Assembly (NCBI GenBank): GCA_002269645.1
Contig: NIVC01000808.1
Location: 186,001 to 250,000, forward strand
Source: Macrostomum lignano
Lineage: Eukaryota
Length of the DNA: 64,000 nucleotides
Direction: 5' to 3'
Shown piece after piece: positions 27,127 through 50,910 of this stretch (its first letter is position 1; every line of letters begins with the position of its first letter). A program made the position numbers and the translations under genes. The notes under the pieces were generated by a model, which saw nothing but the letters and a program-made list of their open reading frames with translations, ran no database searches and was not told where the DNA came from.

Positions 27127-30100
27127 CCCGGTTGAAAAAAATACTGGATTAGCCCATTGAAATTGGCCCGCTCATCGGCCACTTCGTGTCAGAAAAGCCC
27201 GCTCTAAAAGCCCGCTCATTTTTCCAAATCAACGAGTCTCAAATCGGCCCGTTCCACGGCCCGCTTCTGGGCCCGCTGGCTGGCCCGCTGGTTGGCCCGT
27301 TCTAAACCGGCCCGCTGGCTGGCCCGTTGTTTGGCCCGGTGGCTGGCCCGTTGGTTGGCCCGCTCACTGGCCCACTCATTGACCCGTTCTAAACCGGCCT
27401 ACTGGCTGGCCCGCTGATTGGCCCCCTCATTGGCCCGTTCTAAACCGGCCCGCTGGTTGGCCCGTTGGTTGGCCCGCTGATTGGCCCGTTCTTAACCGGC
27501 CCGCTGGTTGGCCCGTTGGTTGGCCCGCTCATTGGCCCACTCATTGACCCGTTGTAAACCGGCCTGCTGGCTGGCCCGCTCATTGGCCCGTTCTAAACCG
27601 GCCTACTGGCTGGCCCGCTGATTGGCCCCCTCATTGGCCCGTTCTAAACCGGCCCGCTGGTTGGCCCGTTGGTTGGCCCGCTGATTGGCCCGTTCTTAAC
27701 CGGCCCGCTGGTTGGCCCGTTGGTTGGCCCGCTCATTGGCCCACTCATTGACCCGTTGTAAACCGGCCTGCTGGCTGGCCCGCTCATTGGCCCGTTCTAA
27801 ACCAGCCCGCTCATTGGCCCGTTCTAAACCGGCCCGCTCATTGGCCCGTTCTAAACCGGCCCGCTGGCTGGCCAGTTGGTTGGCCCGCTGGTTGGCCCGT
27901 TCTAAACCGGCCCGCTGGTTGGCCCGTTGGTTGGCCCGCTGGCTGGCCCGCTCACTGGCCCGTTCTAAACCGGCCCGCTGGCTGGCCCGTTGTTTGGCCC
28001 GGTGGCTGGCCCGTTGGTTGGCCCGCTCACTGGCCCACTCATTGACCCGTTCTAAACCGGCCTGCTGGCTGGCCCGCTCATTGGCCCGTTCTAAACCAGC
28101 CCGCTGGCTGGCCCGTTGGTTGGCCCGCTGGTTGGCCCGTTCTAAACCGGCCCGCTGGTTGGCCCGTTGGTTGGCCCGCTGGTTGGCCCGCTCACTGGCC
28201 CACTCATTGACCCGTTGTAAACCGGCCTGCTGGCTGGCCCGCTCATTGGCCCGTTCTAAACCGGCCCGCTGGTTGGCCCGCTGAACGAACAAAAAAAATA
28301 AGTAAAGAAGCAAAATAAGCATGAGATTTCTAAGTCAGACCGATGAGCCGTACAATTAGCTTTTTTATAAAAACCGGGAATATACTTCATCGGATCTGGT
28401 AAAAACAAAGAGATGTTAAGGTTAAAATTGAATACTAGTATTTTTTCATGGTGGCACGAATAGCTAAAAGAGCTAATATAGCTAATAGAGCTATCTGAGC
28501 TAAAAGAGCTAATATATAAAAGAGCAACCCTAGCCTCAGAGTCTATTCTCAACCCAAAGTAATGTTTGTCAGCATAGTGAAAAATTGTCACCACAATCGA
28601 GGCCTAGTCTCTACTACTCGCTTTCCTCTTCATTTTCTGCGCAGGCGCCACTTTTCGCAGACGAACTCTCCCGATCCCGTACGGTCCTGACTGTAGGGCG
28701 GAAGACCTCGCCGAGTTCGGCGTCTGTGAATAGTTTTTTGTCCTCCTCTGAGACCAGTTTACTGGCCAGGTAGGACCGTATGGCCGCCTTCTTGGAGCTA
28801 TCCAGCTCAACCCGGTTGGCCGCTTTCTCTCCTTTCACCTGTCGACCAGCCCAAGATGCGGTTCGCAGGTCTTGCTCAGGGCACACAGCAAGTATGACTA
28901 GCCGAATGGCTCGTCTGCGAATCTTGTTATTGTTTGCGGCTTTTCGCATTTCAACTGCTGCGGCTTCCAATTTTGTCAGGGCCAACGGACAAACCGTGAC
29001 ACCGGGAAATGCAGCTATCAGCGGCACACGTTTCGACGACTGGTTGCCCATCATGGAGGTCGATATATTTGCGATTGCCGTCGCAATGGCGTGGCTCACA
29101 AATCCACTGGTAAGCTGCGATGACGTCGAGCCACTTGGCTCGGCATCGATGCCGATATCGGCAGCAGCTGATGACGACTCTCCGGGTGCAGTACTCGAAC
29201 CAGCGACCAACGTTTCGTAGTCACTAATAGAGCGCACCAGACTTTCGAGGTGGCTGCATGATTCTGTAGTTCTACGTGCCACCTCGTTGGCCGACCGCGC
29301 CTGCGCCGTGACGAACCGTAGCGTCTCAAGTATCTGAGAATTCGCATGCATGGAACTTGCAAGACGGGTGTCATACTTTTGCAGCACGTCATCTTTCTGT
29401 GCCAGTTCCTGTTTCAGCTGCTCATTCTCAGACCGAATGGCCTCATTCTCAATCTTCAGGTTGGCTGCATCAGTTTCAGCAGCCCCCCGCTTGTCCGTCT
29501 CTTCTCGATTTGCCTCACGTAGGTCACGACATTCGATGTCGAGGTTCCGGCAGCGCGGGCATCCGGCATCAGGGTGATTTATAACGGGTTGCACGCGCCT
29601 ATAGGCGCCTGCAGAGCCCCACCCCATTAAAGTTGCCGATTTGGCCAGGTTGTCCCGGGCAGCGTAGGTGGACTTCCTATCCGGAAAAGGCCCGGCTGTC
29701 AGGAAAGCGTCGAAAGTTTTTGCACTCGGGCTATGGCCAGTCCGTACTTGTACTTTAACGCCGACTGTTCGTGTTACGGGGTCCGGGTCGACGATGCACT
29801 TTTGGTCGATGGCCATAACTTTGCCGGTGTTAGTGTACGTGAGCACCCACCAAATAGCTTTGTGGATGACCATGACACGGGGCGCCTTAGCCTTTGGTGG
29901 TCCACCGGCCCTATTGCGATGCCGCATCTCCTTTCTCGACTCTAGATCTGGCTCGCTCGATGAGTCAGATAGAGATTCGCGATGCCGATGCCTATCGGCA
30001 TTGGCTTCGGCTTTCCGTTTTGTAGTAGAGCCGGTCGGCTCCGCGGACACGGCCGTGCTCATATCGGAGCCGATTAGCGCCGTTGAAGTGGCGTCGTGGG

Positions 30101-31878
30101 CTTTAGGGAGCGTCCTCACAATCGTCGCACTGCTCGATGGCGTCCAACGCCATTGGAGCGCCACTCCAATAGTCGTCATCTGGAGCTTCTTCGCCTGGTT
30201 CCTCAACGATAGATCTAGAAGATACGTCCTCATCGTCGTTGTCTGAATACTGCGAGCCGGTAGGCTCGACGACCATGGGAGTCTGGACGCCACTGCTACA
30301 TCCACCTGTTGCCAATGCTGGCTGCCAGCTGCTGCCAACACTGGCTACACTGTTGCTTGTTTGCGCGTCATGAGTGGTTGGTACGTCATGAGTGGTCCGA
30401 GTTGCAGTTAGTAAATGGCTCACTGAAGCTTCTGCTCGTGTCGGACGGGCTGTCGCCGCAACTGTCTGTCTGAGTGATTCTTTGAGTCGACTGAAGCGCC
30501 GTGCGATGGCAACTGACTTCTTGTCGAGCTCTTTTAGTCGTTCAAGTGACTGAAAATGAAGAAATTGAATACCTGTGTGACTAGGAGAGAATCCGTACTA
30601 AAATTGTTAATTAACAAATACCATCATTCTACTATCAGTTTGAATCAGTTTGCTATCTTAGCCCAAGAGCCAACAAAGGGCGAAGCAATGGTTTCACACT
30701 AAACTGGGTGATATCTGAAGTACATACGTCACAACGTAGCGCGATATACAAATTGCTGTGGGCGTATGAGGCGATAAAAATAAATAAAATTGACACACTC
30801 ATTGTACATGTCATCATGAAATTTGTGTATGCACAGTTTATTGGACAGCATTAGTGCTCTACAAATCAAATAATTGCCCGAGCGCCAAGACACCGCAAAA
30901 GTTTACACGTACAAGTTTATACACCATTTGATAAGATTATCACGTTCACAACAAGTCAGCGGGCCGGTTTAGAACGGGTCAGTGAGCGGGCCAACCAGCG
31001 GGCCGTGCAGCGGGCCGGTTTAGAACGGACCATTGAGCGGGCCAACCAGCGGGCCGGTTTAGAACGGGCCAACCAGCGGGCCAACCAGCGGGCCAACCAG
31101 CGGGCCGGTTTAGAACGGGCCAACCAGCGGGCCAACCAGCGGGCCAACTAGTGGGCCGAGCAGCGGGCCGGTTTAGATCGGGCCAGTGAGCGGGCCAACC
31201 AGCGGGCCGTGCAGCGGGCCGGTTTAGAACGGACCATTGAGCGGGCCAACCAGCGGGCCAACCAGCGGGCCGGTTTAGAACGGGCCAGTGAGCGGGCCAA
31301 CTAGTGGGCCGAGCAGCTGGCCGGTTTAGAACGGACCATTGAGCGGGCCAACCAGCGGGCCAACCAGCGGGCCGGTTTAGAACGGGCCAACCAGCGGGCC
31401 AGTGAGCGGGCCAACTAGTGGGCCGAGCAGCTGGCCGGTTTAGAACGGACCATTGAGCGGGCCAACCAGCGGGCCAACCAGCGGGCCGGTTTAGAACGGG
31501 CCAACCAGCGGGCCAGTGAGCGGGCCAACTAGTGGGCCGAGCAGCTGGCCGGTTTAGAACGGGCCATTGAGCGGGCCAACCAACGGGCCAACCAGCGGGC
31601 CGGTTTAGAACGGGCCAACCAGCGGGCCAACCAGTGGGCCGCGCAGCGGGCCGGTTTAGAACGGGCCAGTGAGCGGGCCAACCAGCGGGCTAATCAGCGG
31701 GCCGATCTGCGGATCGGTTTCGAGCGGGCCATTAGCGGGCTAATCAGCGGGCTTCAGAGCAGGCCGGGTTTCAGCGGGCCAATTTGTTGTAAAAGGCCTG
31801 TAATACGGGCCGATTCGCTTCGGCCCGCTAATGGCCCGCTCAAAAGCCCACTGAGGCCCGCTAAGTTTTTCAACCGGG
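27127..31878 (-). mobile_element. CACTA/CMC-like non-autonomous DNA transposon, 4752 bp
   Basis: Perfect 13-bp TIR CCCGGTTGAAAAA, 3-bp TSD ATG on both sides, and opposed subterminal GGCCCG arrays (27165-28282 and 30957-31860). Confidence 0.8.
28614..30627 (-). CDS. Coiled-coil plus putative C-terminal BEN-domain protein inside the element; exons 30627-30622 and 30549-28614, with a +1 break at 30105
   Basis: ATGATG|GTATTT, 72-nt intron, TTTTCAG acceptor. C-terminal AIRLVILAVCPEQDLRTASWAG...LDSSKKAAIRSY fits the BEN pattern by eye. Confidence 0.65.
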
Positions 31879-32929
31879 ATGTAGCTAATTATAATAATTT
31901 AATTTAATATCAAGAACGGAGAAATCTGATCTGACCAAACCAGACAATGTCCGTGCCTTTGGGATGCCCAGCTGTTTTGCTGCAGTGACTTTGGTGAATT
32001 TTGAAACTATGTATGTATTGAAAATACAGAACACATTACAGAACAGACAAGTTCATGAATTCCATAAAATGAGTAGCGCAATGCAAGCTCCGGCATCGTA
32101 GGCTCAAAAGCTAAGGACCTTAATTTATGCTTACAACAATACCGTCGCATTTACTAAATTCCTGCACTGACTACTTTTAGTAGAGACTGATTCCTGCCGA
32201 CAATGCTGGTTTTTAAACAGTAATAATAGTAATAATAATTAAGATTTTGGATTCACAGGTAGCGTAGAGTTAAATTGTTAGTGGCAAATTGGGAGAAAAG
32301 GAAGGCTGTGAACTGTCTCTTGTCTCGAGACAGGAGGGAGAGAGAAGACAGCAGGAGGACATCAAAGATAAAATTTCACACCTAGAACTAAAATGTAGCA
32401 CAAAAACTCGCTTACTACTACTACTACTGGCCAGATTAGAGTATAAGTAAGTAGTTCGGCACATAGACGCCCTCGCAGATTATAAAAAATGGAGTTAATT
32501 CATATTAAAGCAACTATTGATGGCAAAACAGCAAGTTTACAACAGCAACAACCCGAGAGCCTGGATTATATCGAATATAAAAACGCATACGAGTTTAAAA
32601 GAGAAATTGCTAAGCGCGAAAATATATTTTAAAAAAATAAACACGGTGGCAAAAGGAAGCGGAAGGCAGCTTTAGGAGTAGCACAATTCATATCTATTGA
32701 TAAGTCTATCCTATTAGCAAACAAAAAGGACCAGCGCGCTAAAAGCAAATATATTGCGGCACAGAGCGAGGAGGGGGCGTGAAAACGCCGCAAAAATTGA
32801 GTTTTGAGTCGAACACAACAGGATAACTACATAATCGGATACAATCCATCTCGATTCGCGCGGTATCCCAACGTTTTTTAAGGGCCACGGAACGTGATAA
32901 TGGGGAAATTCGGAATTCTATAATATTCG

Positions 32930-33475
32930 GGGTCCTGTGGGATGCGGAATTCTATGGGATTTGGGATTCTGCAGGATTTGGGATTCTATGGGATTTGGGA
33001 TCCTGTGGGATTCGGGATTCAATGGGATTTGGGATCCTTTAGGATTTGGGATTCTATGGGATTTGGGATCCTGTGGGATTCGAGATTCAATGGGATTTGG
33101 GATCCTTTAGGATTTGGAATTCTATGGGATTTGGGATTCTGTAGGATTCGGGATTCTATGGGATTTGGGATTCGATGGGATTTGGGATTCTATGTGATTT
33201 GGGATCCTTTGGGATACGGGATTCATTAGGATTTGGGATAATGCAGGATTCGAGATTCAATGGGATTTGGGATCCTGTGGGATTCGCGACTCGATGGGAT
33301 TTGGGATCCTGTAGGACTGGGGATTCTATGTGATTTGGGATCCTGTGGGATTCGGGATTCATTGGGATTTGGGATCCTGCAGGATTTGGGATTCTGCAGA
33401 GTTTGGTATTCTATGGGATTTGGGATTCTATTGAATTATGGATATCGCAGGATTCCAGATGCAACAGGATACTTA
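32930..33475 (+). repeat. GGGATT-core minisatellite downstream of the MARK stop
   Basis: Direct read. Confidence 0.9.
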
Positions 33476-34094
33476 AGGATTGTGTTAAAAATTGGGATCT
33501 TATAAAATTTCAAATCACTGGATCACACGCAGCTCCAGATAGAGTCCAAAATTCAAACGACGACAAGGAAAGGCAAGCTGAATTTTATGAAACTGTTCGC
33601 AACCGAAAGCAAGCGACTGTTTTCTGTTGTACAATACGCGTCCGCAATGTACAGTAAGGGGCGCAGTGAAGGCACAGCCATATATGGAGAGAGCAAGTCT
33701 ACTGCTACACATACTGTACGCTATTAAATATACTTGTGCAATAATATATCAATAGATCAACAGAAACTAAAGACGCAAGTTAAATAATATTTATGAATAC
33801 AGTAAGTATTCGTATTTATATAGGCGAAGTAAGCACAAGCGAGATGAGTAGTATAGTATGAAGTAGTAGTAGTAGCACTAGACCAGTGACGATGAATTGA
33901 AACGAAAAAATGATTTGCTCGAACACAGAAGTAAGTCAGAACAGAGCTGCTATGACACCCAGCAGCAATTACAGATGGACTTCGAAATTGACAAAATTAT
34001 TTACAGAGAAACTGTACTCATATTTATCTACTCGATCAGGTAGCTTACGGCTTTGCGAAGGTGCACAGGCTTAGGATCGGGATTCAGGAAGTAG

Positions 34095-34420
34095 ACATCG
34101 GGATCTCGGGGATTAAGCATGGGGATTTTGGGACAAAACACAGGGATCTCGGGGATTAAGCGTGGGGATTTTGGGACTTAACATCGGGATCTCGGAAATT
34201 AAACACGGGGATTTTGGGACTAAACATCGGGATCTCGGAAATTAAGCGTAAGGATTCTGGGACTTAACATCGGGATCTCGGGGATTAAGCATGGGGATTT
34301 TGGGACTTAACATCGGGATCTCGGGAATTAAGCGTGGGGATTTTGGGACTCAACATCGCGATCTCTGGGATTAAGCGTGGGGATTTTGGGACTAAACATC
34401 GGCATCTCGAAATCGGGATA
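34095..34420 (+). repeat. 43-nt minisatellite CATCGGGATCTCGGGGATTAAGCGTGGGGATTTTGGGACTTAA
   Basis: About 7-8 direct units. Confidence 0.92.
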
Positions 34421-34510
34421 TAATCTAACGGGCACCAATTGAAAAGACAAACCAACGGAGCGAACAGGTACTCAACTCTTACAGGCAAAAGACAGGCAGT
34501 GAATAAAAAA

Positions 34511-44560
<10,050 letters not shown>

Positions 44561-45379
44561 TGCTGGGTGGTGTTTGACTTGGATGGCATTTAAGTCAGGT
44601 TAGTTCATGGATGAGGTGAAAAGCTGCAGTGAACTGTGTCTTTATGAATAACTAATTCATAAGGTGATCAAAATGTGAACTAGTTTAACTCACTGTAGGG
44701 AAGCCTTCCTGTACAGTCGTCAACATTTTTGTACCAGATGACATTGCAATAGAATTTGCTTTAGAATAGAATGTCCACCCAATTTTTTAATGGTGGACTG
44801 GTGGGCTACCCAGGAAGCAACATCTGCAAATGTTAAATAAACATTTTGTACTTGAATATCAGTTGAATAATATCAACCAGTTTGCCTATGCTTAAGATCT
44901 ATATTTTATAGCTAAGCCTCATTGTCATTCTTTCAAGCTCATAGTGTATAGCTAAAGGGTATAGAAATATTGTTATATATTCCTACTATATTCTGAAAAT
45001 GACTATTCATTAAAAACTGTTAACTTCCAGTTTTAGCTTTTTAAACTATTTTTACTAGTTAAATAACCACAAATAAAGAATATTGCATTCAAAACCTTTG
45101 AAAAAAAGTGACAAAACATATTAGAAACCTAAAAATGCTATAGCTAGTTGCAAACAGCAAGGGTTTTCTGATATATTTTAATTTTTTTTATATTTTTACC
45201 TAGCCATGCATCTAGCTAAGAAAAACAAAGTGCTGATTTGGCATGTAGGGTCCAAATTTAGGATAGATGTATTAAAATAAAAGTTGATATGCTAAACCTA
45301 TAAAAATAGTAAATAAAAATATAAAAAACTAGAGCATATATAATTCTAACAATATTTAATTTATAGTATCTATAGCCAT

Positions 45380-46035
45380 TAGACTAGCATCAATAGGTCA
45401 AGGGTGCAACTTAGACTAGCATCAATAGGTCAAGGTCAAGCTTAGGCTAGCATCAATAGGTCAAGGGTCAATCTTAGACTAGCATCAACAGGTCAAGGGT
45501 CAATCTTAGACTAGCAGCAACATCAATAGGTCAAGGGTCAATCTTAGACTAGCATCAACAGGTCAAGGGTCAATCTTAGACTAGCATCAATAGGTCAAGG
45601 GTCAATCTTAGACTAGCATCAATAGGTCAAGGGTCAAGCTTAGACTAGCATCAAGATCAACAGGTCAAGGGTCAATCTTAGACTAGCATCAATAGGTCAA
45701 GGGTCAATCTTAGACTAGCATCAACATCAATAGGTCAAGGGTCAATCTTAGACTAGCATCAATAGGTCAAGGATCAAGCTTAGACTAGCATCAATAGGTC
45801 AAGGGTGCAACTAAGACTAGCATCAATAGGTCAAAGATGCAGCTTAGACTAGTATCAATATGTCAAAGGTGCAACTAAGACTAGTATCAATAGGTCAAAG
45901 ATGCAGCTTAGACTAGTATCAATAGGTCAAAGGTGCAACTAAGACTAGTATCAATAGGTCAAAGATGCAGCTTAGACTAGTATCAATAGGTCAAAGGTGC
46001 AACTAAGACTAGTATCAATAGGTCAAGGGTCTAGC
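45380..46035 (+). repeat. 32-nt minisatellite TTAGACTAGCATCAATAGGTCAAGGGTCAATC
   Basis: Direct read; unit variants change along the array. Confidence 0.93.
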
Positions 46036-46613
46036 TTAGGCTTAGACTTAATAAGTTTAGACTATCCACTCCTGCCTATATTATAATTTATTAAAAAACA
46101 TTTATTAGATTTACATTAATCAAAAGTTCAAACTCTTGGCTATAAGCATACTTCAACTGATTGTATTTTTATGTAACTTATGCCAGAGACCAATTAAATG
46201 CTTAATTAGATTAATATAAAAATGTTTTTTAAAATTATTTAAAATAATTTTAGGGCTTATATAAAATCAATTTGATTTTTATATATTTTTAAAGAATTAG
46301 AAGAATACAATGCTAAAATCTTTTTAAAAAGTATATAACAATAACAAGTTCATAATAAAATTATAATGGGTCACCCCATAGAGGGATAAAAGGGTAATTA
46401 TCCTTTAAGGGCTAGGATAGTTACCTGGGTACAATCAGCCCTTTCTGCTTCTAGCCTATATTTGCAGGGGCCCTCTTGATTCTTTTACAAAATTGATAAT
46501 TGTATAACTCATTTTGAATGCATGCCAAATCTAGGAAAACACATTTGTTATAATACACATATTTTTCATAATATTTTATGTGAACTAATTTTTGATTAAA
46601 CTAGCAGTAAATG

Positions 46614-47435
46614 TAGTGTTGGGCAAGTTACTCAAAAAAAGTAACTTGCGTTACTGTAAGTTAAGTTACCAATTTTTAAAAAGTAACTTACATTAGCCTA
46701 GTAACTTTAGACAAAAACCTTGTAACTTTTAAGTTACTGTCTGTTACTCACTTCCGTTACCCATGTTATTAACAAAATTTTCTGCTTTTTTCACATTGTT
46801 GTTATCAAAATTTGCCATTGGGCATTGGGATTAACCAATTAACAGACAGAGACAGGAATTGGCGACACAATGTGAGGCAAGTAGAAGGACCAATGGGCAA
46901 TGACAATCAATAATTAAAATTATAAATGATAAAATAAACAAATATCAATAATTCAATAGAGTAAAATAAATAGAACTGTATAAAATGGTCTAGTGTACTG
47001 CAGTGCCAGTGGAGGGACTTGTGGAGGCTACAGATGAATTTCTGTCTTTGGTTGTTTGTTTGAATCAAACTTGAAAATTTTTAGTAATGAAAATGAAAGG
47101 CGAAAATATTTTACCAAAATTAACAAAGTAAGACATATTTCAAGTATTTCTTCATTAATTAAGCGCAATACCATATGATACTATTCACTTAATTTTGAAT
47201 TTAGGAATGAAAAATGCAAAAACATATGACAACTGGAGTACTAGCTAAGCATTTCAGTTTTAAATTTAAATATTGCAATTGTTGCAAAGTAACTATAATG
47301 GACTTCCGAAATTTGAGTAACTTACCGTTATTCCATTACTAAAATAAAAAAGTAACTTGCGTAAAGAACGCTTTACAAAAAAGTAACTTGCGTTACCATT
47401 TGCAAGTTACTCGGTAACGGAAGTGCCCAACACTG
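46614..47435. mobile_element. hAT-type MITE, 822 bp
   Basis: TIR (T/C)AGTGTTGGGCA, exact 8-bp TSD AGTAAATG (46606-46613 and 47436-47443), subterminal AAGTAACTT repeats. Confidence 0.9.
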
Positions 47436-48469
47436 AGTAAATGTTAGTATAAATAGAAGCATTTTTGGCGGAGGAGAGACCAACCTCGCACATTGCAGTT
47501 CCTTAAGAAAGAAAGCTAGTATCAAATAATAAGAGTTCCAAGTAAATATTATTGAAGATTGTTTTCTGAGTTATTTATTTGCAGAAGTGAAGTGGTAGAG
47601 AATACATACAGTAAAATTGATGAAAATTTGCATCAATTTTGAGTGATTGTGCCACAACTTTTTCCTATCTTGGCAGTGCATTTTCTCTCTAGTGGGGGAT
47701 GGGGGCATTCTAAGTGGCTACGTATATACACTTGGACCCTTGCTATCTGGCAGACAATGAAATTCAATGCATAAACTTGCGAGCCTCTCACTGTAGCAGA
47801 CACTAAATGTACACTAAAAAATCAATGCTTTAAACTGGGAAATTTCAAACAAAAACTGCTACTTGAGTTTTGAACTTTGAGAGAAGAGACTTATATTGCT
47901 AGAAAGTTCTTTCAATGTTGATATAAGTTGTTTGCTTTAAGTATGAAAACTAAAAGCACAGCATTCAGAAAACAATTTCCATACTTTTAACTTTCTGCAA
48001 AGATTGTACTCATTTTTGCGAGACGCAATACATAAATTTGGGGGCTTCAACTTCTAACTGCCATTGTGTATTGGAGGGTTGATTTAGATTGCATAATCAT
48101 TTTGTTAACTTTAACTAAGACTGATACTGACTGACTGAAAAATCGATTTCACAATTAATTGGTTCAATTGGTTAATTTTTTTTATTATTGGCACCTTTCA
48201 AAGAGGCAGCACTATGCAGCTCTAACCCTAATCCTAACTAATGAATCCTTTTCTTTGCAGATATTTAAGCCAAACAATAATGGAATTCCAGTGATAGGAT
48301 TTCTTCCCCTTTCTTGTCTAACAGAAGAGTTGGCCTCATATTTTTATAAAAGTAGACCTAAATAAGACCTAGGCCTAATTAATATATAGCATAGGCCTTA
48401 ATGTTTTTTAATAATAAATTAAGACAAAATAAGCTAGGCCTAGCATAGCCTTGTATAGCTTATTATGGT

Positions 48470-48760
48470 GACATTGATTCTATTGTCATATAGGCTATTG
48501 ATTTTAGAGCTATATTGATCCTATTGTCATATAGGCTATTGATTTTAGAGCTGTATTAATTCTATTATCATATTGGCTATTGATTTTAGAGCTATATTGA
48601 TTCTATTATCATATTGGCTATTGATTTTAGAGCTATATTGATTCTATTGTCATATAGGCTATTGATTTTAGAGCTATATTGATTTTATTGTCATATTGGC
48701 TATTGATTTTAGAGCTATATTGATTCTATTGTCATATAGGCTATTGATTTTAGAGCTATA
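48470..48760 (+). repeat. 41-nt AT-rich minisatellite
   Basis: TATTGATTTTAGAGCTATATTGATTCTATTGTCATATAGGC, about 7 units. Confidence 0.92.
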
Positions 48761-50490
48761 AGGATATTTGTACATTGCCTTTTTATTTAATCTCATATCA
48801 TGCTTGTCTATACTTAGCATATATTACTTATATATGCATGCTACTTATCATTACAAATTGATATACATCATTGCTATATTACGAATACTAGTATATCCTA
48901 ATTGAGAAGGGGGTAGGCCTAATCTTTTTTTTACTTATTGAAAAATCTTAGTCTAGATCTGAGTCATTTTAAAAATATTGCAAGGTCCAAATCATGGACT
49001 TTTTATAACTGCCTCCCATAGGAACCTTTAGTAGTAAAGGCAATCATTCTATTATAATTAATATTAGCAAGCATTAACAAAAGTGATCAATAAATCTATA
49101 TTACTTGGCAATTTTAGACATTACAAATCAAGCATAAAAGAGAGAGATTTATTTTATACTATTGCCATTAGCAAAGTTATAAAAACTATATAATATAGGC
49201 CTTAGTAAGCCTAAGATTAATGTTCTTACAATGGCTTTTGAGTGATAGCAAACCCAAGCTTAAAATGAGCTAGTTAATTAGCATAATTCAAAGACAAAGA
49301 GAAACAATGTGGCATTTATTTGCTTGCCCATCATTTTTAGACCTATTAGAGCCACTAAGAAGAAAGCATAGACCCTATTCTCTATGCATTATATTATCAT
49401 TAATACCTTTTAAAGTTATATTGATTAGGCCCTAGGGCCTAGACAAAAAAGCTATTAAAAATTTTGACTAGGCCTATCTTATAGAATTGTTTGTTAAATT
49501 CACTATACATATTTTTTTAGCTATTGATATGAAAATTTCCAAAAATGAGTGTTTTTTAGACATATTGTTGCACTAGGCCCTAAAATATTTTTAGATCATA
49601 GTAGGCCTATTCTTATAAGTTATAGGGCCTACCATGCTATCACATATTACTATGTTTATTTGATAGATTTTTAGCACTCTATGAAGCTCATGGTGTCTAT
49701 TACAAAACAGGAAGCACTTAAATCATTATGGCCATAACATAGATTTTTCCAAACAAAATTAAGTACCTAGGCGCACTTGTACTAACATAGTTGTAAACAT
49801 TCTCTTTGAAACAGCAACTAGGCTATTGTAATTGTATAAGTAAACAATTTTGGGCCTAAAAAGTCACTTGGCAATACAAATTATCATGTCTCAAAAAAGA
49901 CCATAAAAATGAAGTATATGGTAGCCAAAAAATAAAAAACTTCAAAAACAAAAAAACTTATGCCAAACTAGTATAGGACATAAATTGAGTCCGAAAGTTT
50001 GTTTCCATACATGTTTACTTGAAAAAAATACTTGTACCAGTTGAAATACAAAAAAAATTTTTGTCAAATTTGTCCAAGTTATGTTGAATGAGCCACTAGG
50101 CCTATTATTTGCATTAAAATTTTCTGCATTAGCAAATAAAGTACATTAGATTTTCTACACCATGTTATAGAAGGAGCTAAAATTTAAATTTAAATTCTAA
50201 ACTATACTAGTAGATTATGTAAATGTAATATGTAGATGGCCTAGTATCTACAAAAAGGGCTAATGTCAGTAATGAGTCTAATAGCCTAATAGGTCCAAGC
50301 CTAACAATTTGAATATATAAAATAATATAAAAAAGAAAAGAAAGAAATACATATATAGGACTATCCTATCTAACTAGGCCTAACTATATTATTTAATATA
50401 GTATAATAGGGCCTAGTCATATGGAAACAATTTTGAGCGGATTTTTTTACTTTTGCTCAAATCAAGCTTCAAATATACAAGAAACACATA

Positions 50491-50752
50491 GGGCCTTTTC
50501 ATATTGCTTGTTCTGGTTCCAGAACCAGAACCAATTTGTGAAGTATAACTTTTTGTCTCCATAACTAGAGGGAGATACGTACTATAAAGTTTTTATTATT
50601 GAATGACAATCACCAAGAAGAAAGTGAAAAATTGTGCTAAGTGAGGTTGTTAAGGCAGTCAAACATTCAACAGAATTAAATAGTTATACTGCTGTTTTTC
50701 TAGGAAGATCCGAACCGATTCTGATTCTGGAATTGGTAATATGAAAAGCTTC
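50491..50752. mobile_element. Candidate MITE
   Basis: Imperfect TIR CTTTTCATATT / AATATGAAAAG with TTCCAGAA(C/T)CAGAA subterminal similarity. Confidence 0.45.
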
Positions 50753-50771
50753 AACAAAGAGGGCCTATAAA

Positions 50772-50910
50772 GTGGGTTTCCGGAAATATTAATTCAGACA
50801 CGAAAACGGAAAAGAAGTCAGAATATAGTCAGTAAATCTTGAAAAATAAAATTCCAACTTTACAAGCGATTGGATTAAATGTATGCCCAAATATCTGTCT
50901 GGAAACCCAC
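50772..50910. mobile_element. Candidate short MITE
   Basis: GTGGGTTTCC / GGAAACCCAC inverted termini. Confidence 0.35.

Noticed and set aside
22928-28322. SQKS/AVKS and ARWL/RANQ repeat ORFs
   Set aside because: Translations of the foldback arms and subterminal arrays, with no unique coding content.
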